Part shown: piece by piece, positions 41,582-56,424 of the stretch
How positions within the stretch are numbered: the stretch's first letter is position 1
How the letters are laid out: each line of letters begins with the position of its first letter
From: Octopus vulgaris
Lineage: Eukaryota
DNA length: 64,000 bases
Assembly: GCA_951406725.2 (NCBI GenBank)
Contig: OX597814.1
Span: forward strand, 211,234,001-211,298,000
Reading direction: 5' to 3'
The notes under the pieces: generated by a model
What the model saw: only the letters and a program-made list of their open reading frames with translations
What the model was told of the DNA's origin: nothing
Databases searched by the model: none
Program-made: the position numbers and the translations under genes

Positions 41582-43349
41582 AGGAATACTTACTAAGTCA
41601 ATATATTTTCGATAGGATCTCGGCTGAATGAAGAACGAATTTTATATTATCGCAAACAAATTTTAGTCTAACTTTCTACAAATCCTCAAGCAATTCCTAA
41701 CTACATACTTCACAAAAAGTCAATCAAGATTATACGGAAAATTTATGTCATATTACCAGTTTCTGTGAAACTAAATAGCACTGTCCCTTAGACAGTGTTT
41801 AAATGTTACAAATATTATTTCAAAGGAAGAGAGAAGTCTTTCTCCGTAACTGGGAAATCCGATAATATATATATAAATAGTATATTCTCAATCAAAATCC
41901 TCTCATCATATAAATAAGAAAATAATGCATTTCCATAGGCAGCTCTGAAATTAACATGTGGTGGACGTAAGAAAAATGCCTTAAGCATAATTCTTATTGA
42001 TTATGATTCATCTTGGGTGAAACCAGAAAAAATATATTACATTCAGTGTGATGAAAGTAACAGTATTTTCCGTGCAGCTTCAAGCGTTTCTTTAATACAT
42101 ACATACATATTTACACACACACTCACACACAAACACACATACGTAGACAAATAGAGAGAATATAAATCTTGACATTTAGATACAATATTTACGTAAGATC
42201 GTCCTCACAATATGTTTAATATCGAAAAGAAAAGATGAAAGACATAAGCAAACACACTTTTATTTAAAGTATACAGAAGTACTTAAAATATCACAAAGGG
42301 ACTTTGTGTGAAGCTTTATAGCTTTCTTCGGAACTTTCGTCTTTTAAATATATAGTAACATTTTAAATGTTTTTTTTGTTTAAAAAAAAACAAACTCGGA
42401 ACAGATGGTGAGACATGACTATATAAGAAATTCCGAGTATGAGATTGATATAGCATATTAACTATAGCATATGCAACGAGATGGGAAGGAGGGAGAAACT
42501 GAAATATCGGGAATAGAGGGGGGAAAGCAAAAATACAGATAGGGAGGAAGAGAGATATAACATTTTCATCGAAATTGTTTGACCTTTATAGATATTATTT
42601 TAAAATATATATGTAGATATTTTATGAAATATCCAATACAAGTTTCCAGGAGAGGGTGGAATAAAAACAAAACAAATGCGCAAATAAACGAAAGAAAACA
42701 ATCAATAGACGTAATACAAAGACAACAAACCAGGAAAATACGCTTTGAAGATTGTATATAATCACAAATCTACTATTAATATAACTGAGAAATCAATGTT
42801 AGCTTTATATATTTCGTGGCAGCCGAAAACCACGAGATTAAAGCAATGTCTACGTGGAGATTAAAGCGAGACATTATCAAACAGATGTTATTAGTTACGT
42901 CATTTGCATTTAGATTTAAAATCATCTGCACATTTTTTTTTCATTTTCCTGGCCATAATTTTCCGATTTATACGTACACACATACACACACAGTTATGAT
43001 TATGTGTACACATTTACATATATATATGCGTGTGTGTGCTTGTGTGCGTGCGTACGTGCATGCTGTATGCGTATATAAAATTTTAAATATACATCACATT
43101 AATATATGTCATGAACATTCCTTACATATATGTGCCAAATGCACGTGTCAATACATGCATATTAAGTTATATCATGTATTATATTACAATATATATTATT
43201 ATGTTATATTACATTACATTCTATAATATAGCCACGAATAATGGAGTTGTTAGGGAAGTGAGAGCGAGTATCTGGCACTGCAAATAAAGCAGTCTACCTG
43301 AAAGGGGTTCAATCCTGTTTTATCATCTATTTATCAAAACCTTTTATAT

Positions 43350-44290
43350 CATAATACAAGAACTTAACCCCAGATGCCCCTGGCAGGTTCTATATGCCAT
43401 TTACTTCCTTCTTATAGATGAATCTATTGTAGAATTAGAAAATAAATTTCAGGTATGGAAACCAAAACTGGAATCAATAGGCCTCATTGTTAACTTAGCA
43501 AACAACGTATTTAGTAAGCCGAAAGCCAAACACGAGTCGATTATTTTCAGGAAAATGGGCTTGTTTTGAAGAAAAGTAGTAGAAAAACATTTCATACACC
43601 ATACCCCATACAGTGAACAAAAAATCTGTTGAGATGCATCAAAAACTGGTATAAAGGGAAAGTAATCTTTTATCTAACATATGCGCAAGAACAGTAAACA
43701 CTCCTAACGGACGAGAAATATGCTTCGGAGGATCTCTTCAGGTAGTAGTTATTTTTTCTTATTATGGAGATCCAATTAGCAGTGGAAGAACATATACTGG
43801 AGGGGGTACAGTGATCTATTAACACTACAGGTAAAAATAAAGTTTGCTACCTTAGTAAATGAGGCAGAGGGCACAATGATTTTTCAAGTATATAGCAACA
43901 GTATATAGTTGTGAGACAATAGCCCTGAAAACACAAGATTGCGGAGATTAGAAGGGAATAAAGAAAGCATGATTTGCTTGATGTGCAAAGTCAGGTTAAA
44001 TGTATGGTGAAATAGAAATATGTGGAAAGTAAAACTGCGCAGAAAACAGCCTGGATATAATATGTATGAGAAAAGACTGAAAGCGTGGGTCATTTTATGT
44101 GCTTGAATAAGGTGAACTTTATAAAGAAGTGTCAATCTCTTAGTGTAGAATGAGGTGGACTTAAGAAAACGTGGGACGAATTACTGGTAGAATGATTAGC
44201 CTACGTATGGATACAGCAAAGACCCTAACTAAAAAAATGATGACCTGAGCACGGCATGAATCCCTGATTATGGCAAAATAGATGTTATTA
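43350..44290 (+). mobile_element. Decayed RTE-clade LINE 3' part
   Basis: CPWQVLYAIY...ELENKFQVWKPKLESIGLIVNLA (LLYADD region), YSCET, RRLEGNKESMICLMC and KKTWDE. Confidence 0.7.
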
Positions 44291-44737
44291 ACGCCTTCTG
44301 TGTATACACACAATTTATCTTCACTACAAAGGTGTCTCTGTCAAACCTTACCATTTCATCACTTCTTATGTCTGGATTTTTAAATTGATGCATTAATCTG
44401 CTACTACACTTTCACGAGGACAGAATTAGAAAGTTCTTCTCCTTTCTAGGCTACCACTTCTCTGCCATTCTAAAATGAACAACTATCTTTTGACAGCCAT
44501 CTCTCATTCTTAACATCGTCCATCCTTTTCTTTTCGACTGATCATCTTTTAATTGCTACGAGTTATCCATCCACTAGCCATGTACTTCATCTTTTGAAGA
44601 GGCATACGACCTACTCATATTTGCCAATCACCACATCTTCACTTTAAATTCACCCTTGAATATCTCTATGACTGCATCACTATCATTATATATATATATA
44701 TCTTTCTCTTTCTTTCTCTCTCTCCCTTTCTCTCAGT

Positions 44738-44756
44738 CTATCTATCTATCTATCTG

Positions 44757-44839
<83 letters not shown>

Positions 44840-44840
44840 G
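44738..44840. repeat. (TATC)n microsatellite
   Basis: Directly visible. Confidence 0.95.
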
Positions 44841-47344
44841 TATTTGTCTCTCCATCGCTGATTTTAGAGACTAAAGGACTATCCAGGCAATATCTCGGTG
44901 GTATAATTACCATAACTCGGTAAATTATTTCCCCAGACATAATTAATTTAATTTTCAACTGCTAAAGTCATTAATATTTACGGTGATACTACCTCATATG
45001 ATGAGCGGAGAAATTTTAATTTTCTGTCTTTGATTATTAGGCCTTAGTAGTGGGTTGAAATCATTCATTAGATTCAGATAAGTCAACGAGGATAATCCGG
45101 TTGAATATATTTACTATTACTAATTGCGTTCATCACAGAAATCACAACAACTAATTATATTGTAAAAATAACCATCACCAGCATTATCAGTTCTAAGTCA
45201 TTATTCACAAGGTCATCTTTCCTTCATCTTCAGTGGAAGTAAAATTATTAGTTAATCATATTTTTGTCCAAATTTATGCTATTAAATGTGTTAAATTAAA
45301 TACAATCACTCAAATTTCCCTGATATGGATTAAGTTACTTAATATGTAAATATTATATAATGCATTCTATTCAATTACAAGACAAAACTCTATTGTTACC
45401 TTGTTCCTTAAATTCCATTGAATTAAATTATAACACTATCCCTCTGCAACGTGTACCTTAATGAGCTGTTAATACATAATCGAATTATCAAATTAACTAC
45501 TATTCTCTTATTTAACACATAACAGACAATTCAAATTATGATAGCGTCCCACAACAATGTATTCTTATACGCAACTGAATAATAATTCTGCAAAATCCCA
45601 TTGATATCCTCCTCCTACCATACGAAACTAGTACTACACATCCTTGTAATATGTTCTAGTAGCCTACACATAGTGTAAACAATTGCAATATTACTCACTT
45701 TTCATTCCTTTTCCGTCCTCGTGAATTGAGATTAACGATGTCTAATCTGTGTATTTCAAGAGTAACAAACAGCGAGGATTTAACCAACAAATTAATCCAA
45801 TGTCATAGTAAACCGTAAGAACTCTATGACTAACCACATAGGCCGAAACAGATTGGAATGATACGCATTCATGACAGACATTCACTTAAGCTGTGTAATA
45901 TGTGAAAAAAAAAAATAAATAAATAAAATTCACTTCTCAGAAAGAAAAGAAAAGAAAAGAAAATGCTAGTTGTAGATTTGAACGTATTAAACACATAAAT
46001 AATATATAGAATATTTCCTGAAATACGTATCGATCATGAGTAGAACATAGCAAGATTATTAATAGACTATTCTACTGGACTCCCAAAGTACTATTCATAT
46101 ATGAAGTTGCAACATGCCAAAATCAGTTTAGAGACAGAGTAAAACTAAAATATTGACCTCAAGTTCACGATGATATTCACATTCGTGTGTGATAGAGAAA
46201 AATATATCGTTTCCTTGCGTATAATATCTACTTAAGCCCAATGGGCAATATTGTCATGACAGATTCCATCTGTTGCAAATGATTTGCTGAATATTAAGAA
46301 ATTGTTCCTGTGATTGTGGATTGTAGCTCTATGAATGAACTGAACCATAAAACCAGCTGGATCTGAACAACTACCAGTATTTCTGAAGAAGAGAAATCTA
46401 TCATACTATGGGAAATGTATAATTAGCTATATCGTGTATTTGAACAACTTGTACACACAAAAAAAAAATTGCTGAAGATTCAGATGAATTAACTACCTAT
46501 AATTGAAATATTCGTGATGACGTGTATTAAGTCTATTCATATATCTTTCATCTAATAATGCAATTCATATCATATCTGATCAATATTGTGGACTGTTACA
46601 CGGAATATTTCAGAAGATTCCTTACTTCAATGTTCTTTTGTGTAGTGGAGATCTACATGTTGTGGTTTGAAGTCATAACGAAGTCTTTCAAAAAGTTATG
46701 ATAGGAGAGGGGTGAGAATTATAGCTAATGATGCTAGCATAGCTAGGAATGGAATTAAAACGGCAGTTACAAGTTTGAGAGAGACTGAAATCATAGTTAC
46801 AGTTACCTCCACACAAATACGAACTGACACACACACACAAACACACACATACACACACACATTTATATATGCATACACTTATGAATACTCAGACACGCAT
46901 AGAAACAGAGACAGGGAGAGGGGAAGCTGAAAGCTATAAGCTTGTAATGAGATAGAAGACATTGATAGACAGAAGAAAGAAAGTTAAAAAGAAGGAATCA
47001 AACAAACAAAGACAAGAACAAAGCGAGAATGAATGAATGAAAGGTAGAAAGAAGAAAAGAAAGAAACGAAACACTTCGATGATGTATTATAAGATGGCGA
47101 TTCTTGATTTAGAGTTTCACGCCGGCAATTTTACGAACGATTAAAGTAGGAAAATCTCGTAAAATATATTTTAAAAAACTATCGCAAATATTTTATTTGC
47201 CAAGAATTGGTAGCTAGACATTTACCAATCCACTCGCACGCGCACATATACATACAAACACACAGCTTCATGTATGACAAGTATCACGGGTTTCGTATAT
47301 GCCTGCATGTTTGACTGAGTATATATAAATGTATACAGGCATCC

Positions 47345-47708
47345 TTTTTTTACTCCAGGCACAAGGCCCGAAATTTTAGGGAGAAGCCAGTCGATTAGAT
47401 CGACCACAGTATGCAATTGGTATTGATTTATCGACCCCGAAAGGCAAAGTCGACTTCAGCGGAATTTCGAACTTAGAAGGTAAAGACAGACGAACCATCT
47501 ATTTCTTTACTACCCACAAGGGGCTAAACACAGAGGGGACAAACAAGAGCCGACAAATGAATTCATTCGAGTACATCGACCCTAGTGCGTAACTGGTACT
47601 TAATTTATCGACTCCGAAAGTCGACCTCGGCGGAATTTGAACTCAGAAACTAACGACAGATGAAATACCACTAAGCATTTCGCCCGGCGTGCTAACGTTT
47701 CTGCCACC
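47345..47708 (-). mobile_element. SINE family C, tandem/dimeric arrangement
   Basis: Two consecutive Nin-like blocks (TTTATCGAC...AAAGTCGAC...CGGAATTT) with different tails. Confidence 0.8.
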
Positions 47709-48103
47709 TCTATGCCTTGTGTATACAGATATATTCTAGCTGTTATGGTCTTTACTAATTGTGTTAGATTCCTATATAGTCGCGGGCTGTGTTTGGCAGA
47801 CACAACGGCCTGACGCATTTGACTTAAGAGATCCACGATACACCTGTCAGCTGCAGCATGACTGCCCGGCCCAAGCATCAAGCTGGCTCTGAAACGTGTC
47901 TGAAAATAACAGGATGAACAGTGCAACGCATTTAATATTCAAAAACGCGCGCGATAAAGATACACACACACACACACATGCTCTCAAGCTCAGAAAAATG
48001 GGCACACAAAGATTCACGTATACAAATATATATATGTATGTTTATCTATCTATCTATCTCTATATCTATCTCTATATCTATCTATCTATCTATCTATCTA
48101 TTA

Positions 48104-48209
<106 letters not shown>

Positions 48210-48212
48210 TCA

Positions 48213-48568
48213 TTTATTTGTTTCAGTCATTAGATTGCAGCCATACTGGAGCACCGACTTGAAGAAATTTTAGTTACTTGAATCATTCCCGCAGTACTTA
48301 TTCTTTTGTTAAGACTAGTACTTACTCTATCAGTTTATCCACCCTTTTGCCGAACCGTTAGATAAGGAGAACGTAAATGCATCACTACCTGAACAGGTCA
48401 AGGTAGCCAGCTTGTAGAATCGTTAGCACGTCGGGCAAAATGGCTAGCACTATTTCGTCCGCCTTTGCGATCTAAATTCACATTCCACCGAGATCGACTT
48501 TGCCTTCCATCACTCGGGGGACGACAAAATTGAGTATCAGTGAAATACTGGAGTCGATGTAATCAAAC
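48213..48568. mobile_element. Old SINE A 3' part (minus, 48213-48385) plus SINE C (plus, 48399-48568)
   Basis: TTGTTTCAGTCATT...TTTTGCCGAACCG, then GAATCGTTAGCACG...GACTTTGCCTTCCATC. Confidence 0.7.
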
Positions 48569-49511
48569 ATATATGATTGAACTCTTTAAAATCTTAACCA
48601 TTCAGTATATTGAGTTGTATGTTAGACATCTAACGTATACTTTCCTTATATAATGAGCAAATATTTGAGGGAGATCTGGTGGTCACTTTCAGGGAGGATG
48701 ACCTGTAGCATAGTAAAGACAGCAAGATCAAGCTGCCAGCTTCATCTATATAATTAAGGATCATATACATTCGTCGTTGTTTTTAAATTATTTCTCCCAT
48801 TGACCGTCCAACTGAAATTGGTCAAAAATAACAACGGAAACGATGATAATGTAACTCGTTGACTCTGTCTTTCTCCTTATTTCTATTCCTCACGCATTAT
48901 TTTACAATATTTATGTCAATATCAATTTCTCTCTCTTTCACCGACTGTCTTGTCCCCCTCTCTCTCTCTCTATCTATACGTCTGTCTCTATGTCTATCTA
49001 TCAATATCTGATAAGATCATTTCCTTTGTCGTTTCTTTTTTCATATCCTCTGGACATGGTATGTGCTCATGAACATCTCATTCGTGTATGCCAACAAATA
49101 TCTAGGAAATCACAGTTTACTAACAGAGAAATACAGAACATTCTTGTACGTTATTGAGTCAGAAGATATTTTGTTTCTAACATTTTCTTTTAAGAACTTC
49201 TCATCATTCGCATACATTATGTTGTACTAAAGAATTACTGCAGTTTAGAATAAGCATATTAAACCGATCCCAAACACCCATTAACATGTGAAAGTAGAGA
49301 CGGGTATACGCATGTCATTTAATAACTACAGTGAAAGAGAGAGAGAGAAAGAAAGAAAGAAAAAGAGAGATATGTACATATATGCAAATTCATACAAATG
49401 CACATACATATGACATTTACTATGTAGTTGGTCGAATTGTTCATTTACTAAAGAAGGTAGTTTCTAACAAAGTACAATATCGCTAAAGCAATCAACTACA
49501 GATCGTCAGTA

Positions 49512-49577
<66 letters not shown>

Positions 49578-51428
49578 TGTGGACTTAGAACCTTGTTGAC
49601 AATCCGCTGGTATTTATAGAGTGTTAAACATATTCGATAAGCAAATTAGGGAGTCCTTCATAGAGTAACCGTCTCATTTATTGAGTATATAAACAGTCTG
49701 GCTGCTTGTTACTCTGGACATTGTCAAAATGATGTGCACGCCTCTAATGAGAACTCCATAAGGTTCGACTATTGATTAAGTTTGTTCATCATTTTTTTAA
49801 GTCTGCGGAGAAATGGCCCAAAATTTGCCCTGTTTATAATTATTCTATATGTTATGTATACATATACATATATTATAACCCCCCCCCCATATATATATAT
49901 ATATATATATATACACAATGAGATTGAACTCTTGAACATAGATCCATGTGGATGGGAACCAAACGTCGTACACAAAGCTACGCCTGCTCTTCTTGCCACA
50001 CAGAAACGTCCTTCATAAAGTAACAGTATACGAACACAGACGCACGGACACAGTTGCTAATGTTTATATAACTTATCTTTATAGTTATTAAATAATATTA
50101 TTCTGCTCTTCCGTTAGTCTCATCAAAACTCTTTCTCGTAATTATTTTTGCAAGAATATATATTTATTCAAAAAATAATGTATTCATTTCCTACTATTTA
50201 ATCCATTTTGTATTGGTCTGTCTTTTTCCATCGATTGTGTGAAATGTTTTTGGCAAGAATAGAAATATGCAAAATGTCATTAAAAGTTTTAGAAATAAAT
50301 TATCCTTCCTTATGTTTGATCTACCTTCCGGGACGACTAACAACATTAATAAAGTGGATATGGCTAATTGTTTGTCGGTACTTGCCAAGTTATTAAAAGT
50401 GTCCATTTTATGTCCATTTTATGTTACAAGGTATTTCTTATTTACGGTTGATTCGTGGTGAGCTAAATAGCATCTCGTAAATTAAGTCGCTGGCTGGCAA
50501 TAGATTATTACATTACCACTAGTGAAGATGGCACATAATCAAAAAATTACCAAACATAATTGATATCTCTGTATTATCTATACGAACGTGTTTGCTTGTA
50601 ATGTATGTGTCTACGTGTGCAGCGTATATTAATATGAGTGTGTGTGTGTGTGTGTGTGTGTGCGCGGATATGTGTATGAATGAATGTATCTACATATATA
50701 TATATGTATTTGTGTGTGTATACCATGTCATAACTTATCCAAGTGGGATAGAGATCAAAAGTTAAAATACTTGGAATAGCAATAGCAATATTTTGCAATG
50801 TTAAATTAATGAGTTTGCGAAAATAGTACAGCAATATTTGGAATGGCAATTCTATATCAGATTCTTTAACTTCCTGATTTAGATTTCAACGTTCAGTGAC
50901 TTTCACTTTGAATTTACTCTCAAATTAAGCTGTGATGACTTAATAAGTAAAGGACAAATGAGGTAATATGAAGTTGTGAGTTAAAAAGTAGACAATGCTT
51001 ACAAATAGACCAAAAAGTCTGTTGAATACGATATTGTTTAAACAATATACAAGAATTAATTTTATATTTCAGATTAATGATGTGTGTAAAAGAACATATT
51101 TTCTGTACTAAACAATGCTTCCCACAAATTCAGACCATACGATACAGCTTCAAGTATTGTCTGGTCTTTATTTCCAGTTTCCATGTACACTACCACAAAC
51201 ACACATTCTCGAGTGTTTAAGTCATACACTTTTTTTATCTTCGTAATCTACCCTTTCTGTAGAAGAGCTTACACAACCCTTCCCCTTGAGCGTTAAAAGC
51301 ATATATACTTTCTTGTTATTCTTGCACTCCGACTTTGTACTTTTTGTATCTGTGAAACATACACGCCGCCCCACACACAATCTACTGTTCCGTGAAATAA
51401 ATATATATATATATATATATATTTAAAA

Positions 51429-51658
51429 GGCGGCGAGCTGGCAGAAACGTTAGCACGCTGGGCGAAATGCGTAGCTGTATTTCGTCTGTCTTCACGTTCC
51501 GAGTTCAAATTCCGCCGAGGTCGACTTTGCCTTTCATCCTTTCGGGGTCGATAAATTAAGTACCAGTTACACACTGGAGTCGATATAATCGACTTAATCC
51601 GTTTGTCTGTCCTTGTTTGTCCTCTCTGTGTTTAGCCCCTTGTGGGTAGTAAAGAAAT
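51429..51658 (+). mobile_element. SINE family C, best-preserved copy
   Basis: GGCGGCGAGCTGGCAGAAACGTTAGCACG head, GTTCAAATTCC B box, Nin/Deu-like GACTTTGCCTTTCATCCTTTCGGGGTCGATAAATTAAGTACCAG. Confidence 0.88.
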
Positions 51659-51691
51659 ATATATATATATATATATATATAGAGGCAAATA

Positions 51692-52590
51692 CATGGTCTG
51701 GTTTATAAGTATCCGGACTATTGCTATAGTAACGAGCTAAAATAGGCACAGTGAAGTCACTCGGCACAGATTTTCCTTGAACACTGATATGCATGTGCAC
51801 TAAGTTTCAACGTTCTAGCTCACTTCCGCTGTTTACAGCAGTGATTGGAAGGAAGGTGTGTAACGTGTAATCATCGCATTTACCATGACAGAGAAAGGCG
51901 AGCAGAGAATCTGCGTCAAATTTTGCTAAAAGCTTGGCAATACCTGCTCAGAGGCTTATGCAAAGTTTTCAAAACCTTTTCATCGTTCTCAGCCCAATCA
52001 AGGAGATCTTGTGCAACTGAAACCCGAGTGTCCTTTTAGTTAGCTGAAAGCTGTTTTAGCACAAACTAGGCAGACACGCGTGCCATACACAAATCTTCAG
52101 TGATAAAGGTGTGAACAGAATTTTAACTAATTTCCACATCCTCTGAAAGCTCACCAATGGTAATTCGATGATTTCCCCTCACAGCTGCAAGCACATCTGT
52201 GATGTTTTCCTCAGTTCTTCTGGTTGCAGGTCTCCCAGATCATTCGTCAATATCGACATTTTTCCGGCCATCATGGAAACGTCTGAAACACTCGCACACT
52301 TGTGTGCAGCTCATACGCGTCTCTCCATACATTTATGGAAATTTGCATAGGTCTGTGAGCAGGTATCGCCATGACATCTTCCTACGTCATGGTCAATGCG
52401 ACTATCATGCGCTACACAGCTTCCCTTCGAAGCACAGCTGTAAGCAGCGGAAGCGGACGTGAACTAGAAGCCAAAACTTAGTGCGCATGCACAGCAGAAT
52501 TCGAGGTCAATCTTTGCCAAGCGGCTTCACTTTGTGTGCTTTAGCTTTGTTACTATGGCAACAGTTCAGATACTTATTGATGAGACTCCG
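51692..52590. mobile_element. Mariner derivative made of two inverted 5' ends
   Basis: TA-flanked. The left arm gives TIR, UTR and MTEKGEQRICVKFC on plus. The right arm is the same 5' end on minus, with a longer transposase N-terminus (SGRPATRRTEENI). Confidence 0.8.
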
Positions 52591-52645
52591 TAGAAGGATT
52601 GACAAACAGTCAGACAGACAGACTGACAGATCGATCAATCCACGG

Positions 52646-52683
<38 letters not shown>

Positions 52684-52730
<47 letters not shown>

Positions 52731-52762
52731 TATAGATAGATAGATAGATAGATAGACAGACA
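52684..52762. repeat. (GATA)n microsatellite
   Basis: Directly visible. Confidence 0.95.
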
Positions 52763-53131
52763 AATGGATAGGGATTTTGCGCTTACTGATGTATATACAC
52801 CGAAAATAATTCTGAATAATCACTTCTCGATCCTGTTTGCTCGTGTTTGGTGCAATCCACAGGGCTCTGCTAGAATTGAAGAACTGGAGGATTTTATATG
52901 TGATAATGTGTTTGCAGTTATATTCAACCCTTCGTATGCGCCAATGCGTATTTTGTGTATTTGTATATCCATTTATTATCGATTTTTACTATCTGTTATT
53001 AAAAGTAATGGGGAAAAACTGCGTGCGATAATATTATTAGACTGTAAATATCATCCAACTATAAGGAACTAATATACGCCTTGCTGCTGCTATAAATGAT
53101 GATACTACAGCAGCAAATGTTGCTGCATTTC

Positions 53132-53183
<52 letters not shown>

Positions 53184-53206
53184 CACTACTACTACTACTA
53201 CTACTA
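53132..53206. repeat. (CTA)n microsatellite
   Basis: Directly visible. Confidence 0.95.
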
Positions 53207-53684
53207 ATTTATGTACTATAGATTCACACTTTTGATATTGATATGAATAGAATGACTGTATTTACTCATGATCCAAATTTTATGCAACAAAGTGATTCCA
53301 TATTTTTCCAAAGCATTTATTTGATTCAAGCAACAAAATTCTCTATTTTGCATTGCCATATGAACATTTGATCTGCGCCTGCGGCTATTGTTGGCTCAGT
53401 CACTATGAGTAGAACGTCAGCATAACTCTCATCAGTGCGGCTAGTAATATGATAGCGTCAGGTCGTATAAATGTCTCCTCATTTTTACATATAGATCTTC
53501 CTTTTACCATTAACAAAGAACAGACTATTCAAAGTAAGAAAAAGCACATTATTTTAGTACAACAAATAATCTCTATCTAATCCGGTCAAATTGTATGTAA
53601 CTTGTATAAAATTCATTCCAAATATTTTAGGGAATATAACAAAAAAAATGGTTAACAGAACATCAAATATTACTATTATTTTCA

Positions 53685-53880
53685 AAGTTTGGCACACTGC
53701 CAGCAATGTCACGGTATTGGGTAAATCGATTCCAGTATTCAAATGGTATCTATTTTCTCGTCACGAAAGTATCGATAAAATAAGTCGACCTCGACGGAAT
53801 TTGAACTCAGAACGTGAAGACGGCCGAAACACCACTAACAATTTCGCCCGTCGTGGTAATAGTTCTACATGCTCGTTGAC
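53685..53880 (-). mobile_element. Diverged SINE family C copy
   Basis: AAGTCGACCTCGACGGAATTTGAACTCAGAACGTGAAGACGGCCGAAA. Confidence 0.7.
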
Positions 53881-54298
53881 TTAAAATTTGATACCAATAT
53901 TTTGTAAAACATCTTAAATGAAAATTATAATTTCTAAATATTTATTGTTTGGATATTTATATATTAAAGAAAGTCATAGGATGTGTTTTAACCATTATGT
54001 CCCGCAACAAGTTGCGACCGAGGTATCTTGTTTGAGACACAGTAATCAACATCTAATAATAAAGAGAAGTCTGATGTGAGACACACAGTCTATAGGATAA
54101 AATAAAGTAGCCTTTAATTATAATATTTGTATTTCTGTCTACGTCAGCAAGACAATTACATTACCGCATAATATAGCATTAAACATTTAATTAAAAAAGG
54201 ATTATATACGCACACACACACACACCTCCTATCACCCATCCAATTACATGTATATTTGTGTGGATGCACATGCGCACACTCACGCACACATACACTTC

Positions 54299-54377
<79 letters not shown>

Positions 54378-55249
54378 ATGTATGTATATATGTATATATG
54401 TATATATGTATATATAATGTGGTAACTGCATAGATATCCAGAAAAAGTTATCAGCAGGAGCTTTAACTAAGAGATAAATTTTACGGAAGGACCATCCCAA
54501 CGTCAATAATCATTATTGAGCAGTGGATCTGAATGTAAAGTGAGTGTTTAGAGAGTAAGATTTCTTTATACTAAGGTAATAACAGGAAATTATCTGTTGT
54601 AACGTACCTCTTTTCACAGATATAGCTGGATACTCCGATCTTCCAGTTAAAGAGCCTTTTATATTTCCCTTCGTGTTGATTCAAGGTAAAAAAAAAAATT
54701 AAAATATAGAAGTTCACGGGAATGCTGCTAATGTTGTTTATTGTGTGACATCAACCAATCATTCAAAACAATCTCGGATAACATAGTTTGTGGCAAACCA
54801 CGGACAAGCCCAAGCCATTTACAATAAATTATATTTCAGAGACTTAAACATGTTTCATTCGAGACATATTCAAACAACGTAAAGTTAAATAACCTTATAT
54901 GAAGCACTGTAGCCATTGTGCATTCATATTATCATCAATTGTTGACATCACGAACGAAAGAGCACAAAGAAAAATGTTCCACCAAATAGAAACGATCCAA
55001 GATTGATTTCACTGTAACGATAGGATAAAATCAAACAGCTCATCTGCAAAGAGCGGAAAGCACAGATGTTGCATAAGCAAGATTAAAGCCCAAGACTCAC
55101 AATAACTGTCGCTGAAATAGTCAAATACCAATGTCGACTGAAATTTAGAAGAATAAGGAGAACATTCTCTACCAAATTATAGAGATAGAGTTTCAAAACA
55201 GTGCTGATCTCAGAATATATTAAATTGCATGCACTTGGCTTACTGTGAA

Positions 55250-56260
55250 CATTGATATATGCTTATCAAAAATGTGGCTCAATAGTTGCAGATAAGATGA
55301 GGATTTTGATAGATGTACAATAGTATATTTCTGTCGCAAAAAAGTTGGGGTTTTTTTTACTTCTGAAACGGAATTTTTAAAAAAGAAAAAAAATTCAGAT
55401 AGTTTCGAGTGAAATCTCCCAGTCATTCTGAAAAAAGTATGAATGGATATGTTTCCATCTTTTAAATTGGTGACTAACTGCCCAACATTGAATTCTCATT
55501 CTGATCTTGAATCTTTGATCGTGCCGAAACGAATTTAAAGTTGGTGTCATTATCCTTACTTCTATTATCATTTGGAGCTTCAACTTAGAATGATAGTTTT
55601 TCCAATCACATGTAAAATATTTGTGAGATTTATAACCAGCCATCCCCGGCCTCTGGGGAAATACTTTCTTCTCCAAACTCAATATTGAGGCACAATCGAA
55701 AATATCCTCTGTGCAAAGCAACTGCAAAGAAAAGCCCAGAAAAATTGAAACTACTCTTTTTTTGTTTCATACGTCTTGTAAAATACTCTTGACAATTTGC
55801 CAGAAGGTATCCTTTCACGTTATTGACTGAAGGAGTGAGAGGCGACGGTACGAAGGTTTCGTTTTTGCAAAAAAAACCATAATTTCTAAATATATTCTAT
55901 TTCATACACAACAAATCTCTCCTTGAAAATGTAGCACTTGAAGCTAAGATCTACCACCACGGAAGACAATGATCAAGACATGATGAAAGAAGATACTTTC
56001 CTCTCATATACTTTTCAGTGAATAAACCACTAAGACAGATCGAAAAGGTCTCCCCTTAACTGGTACAAAACAAGCTAAAAGTAGCTTTTACACTAGCTGA
56101 AATTCAGACAAAATCTTAGGAAACTGAAGACCATAAGCGTTCCACCAGACTCCTTTTTTTCGCCTCAGAAATAATCATTTCAAATCAGAAAGAACAAATC
56201 ATGTAGGCAAGTGTAAAGAAACTAACATAAAGATATAACTATCTCGGCCTCTATGAAAAC
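55250..56260 (+). mobile_element. Highly decayed RTE/BovB-like LINE
   Basis: Only scattered motifs: ILFSE, RKGLPL..KLK and S*ETEDHKRST near 56000-56150. Confidence 0.4.
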
Positions 56261-56382
56261 GCTCTTGTAATCTTTATCCTCTCTCGTTTCACCTGGATAT
56301 TGGTCTTTCCTTCCATTAACGCCAGTAGCATTGAGAGAAGAAAGAAACAGAAATAAGGTGGAATACTCAGTTATTTATATAG

Positions 56383-56417
<35 letters not shown>

Positions 56418-56424
<7 letters not shown>

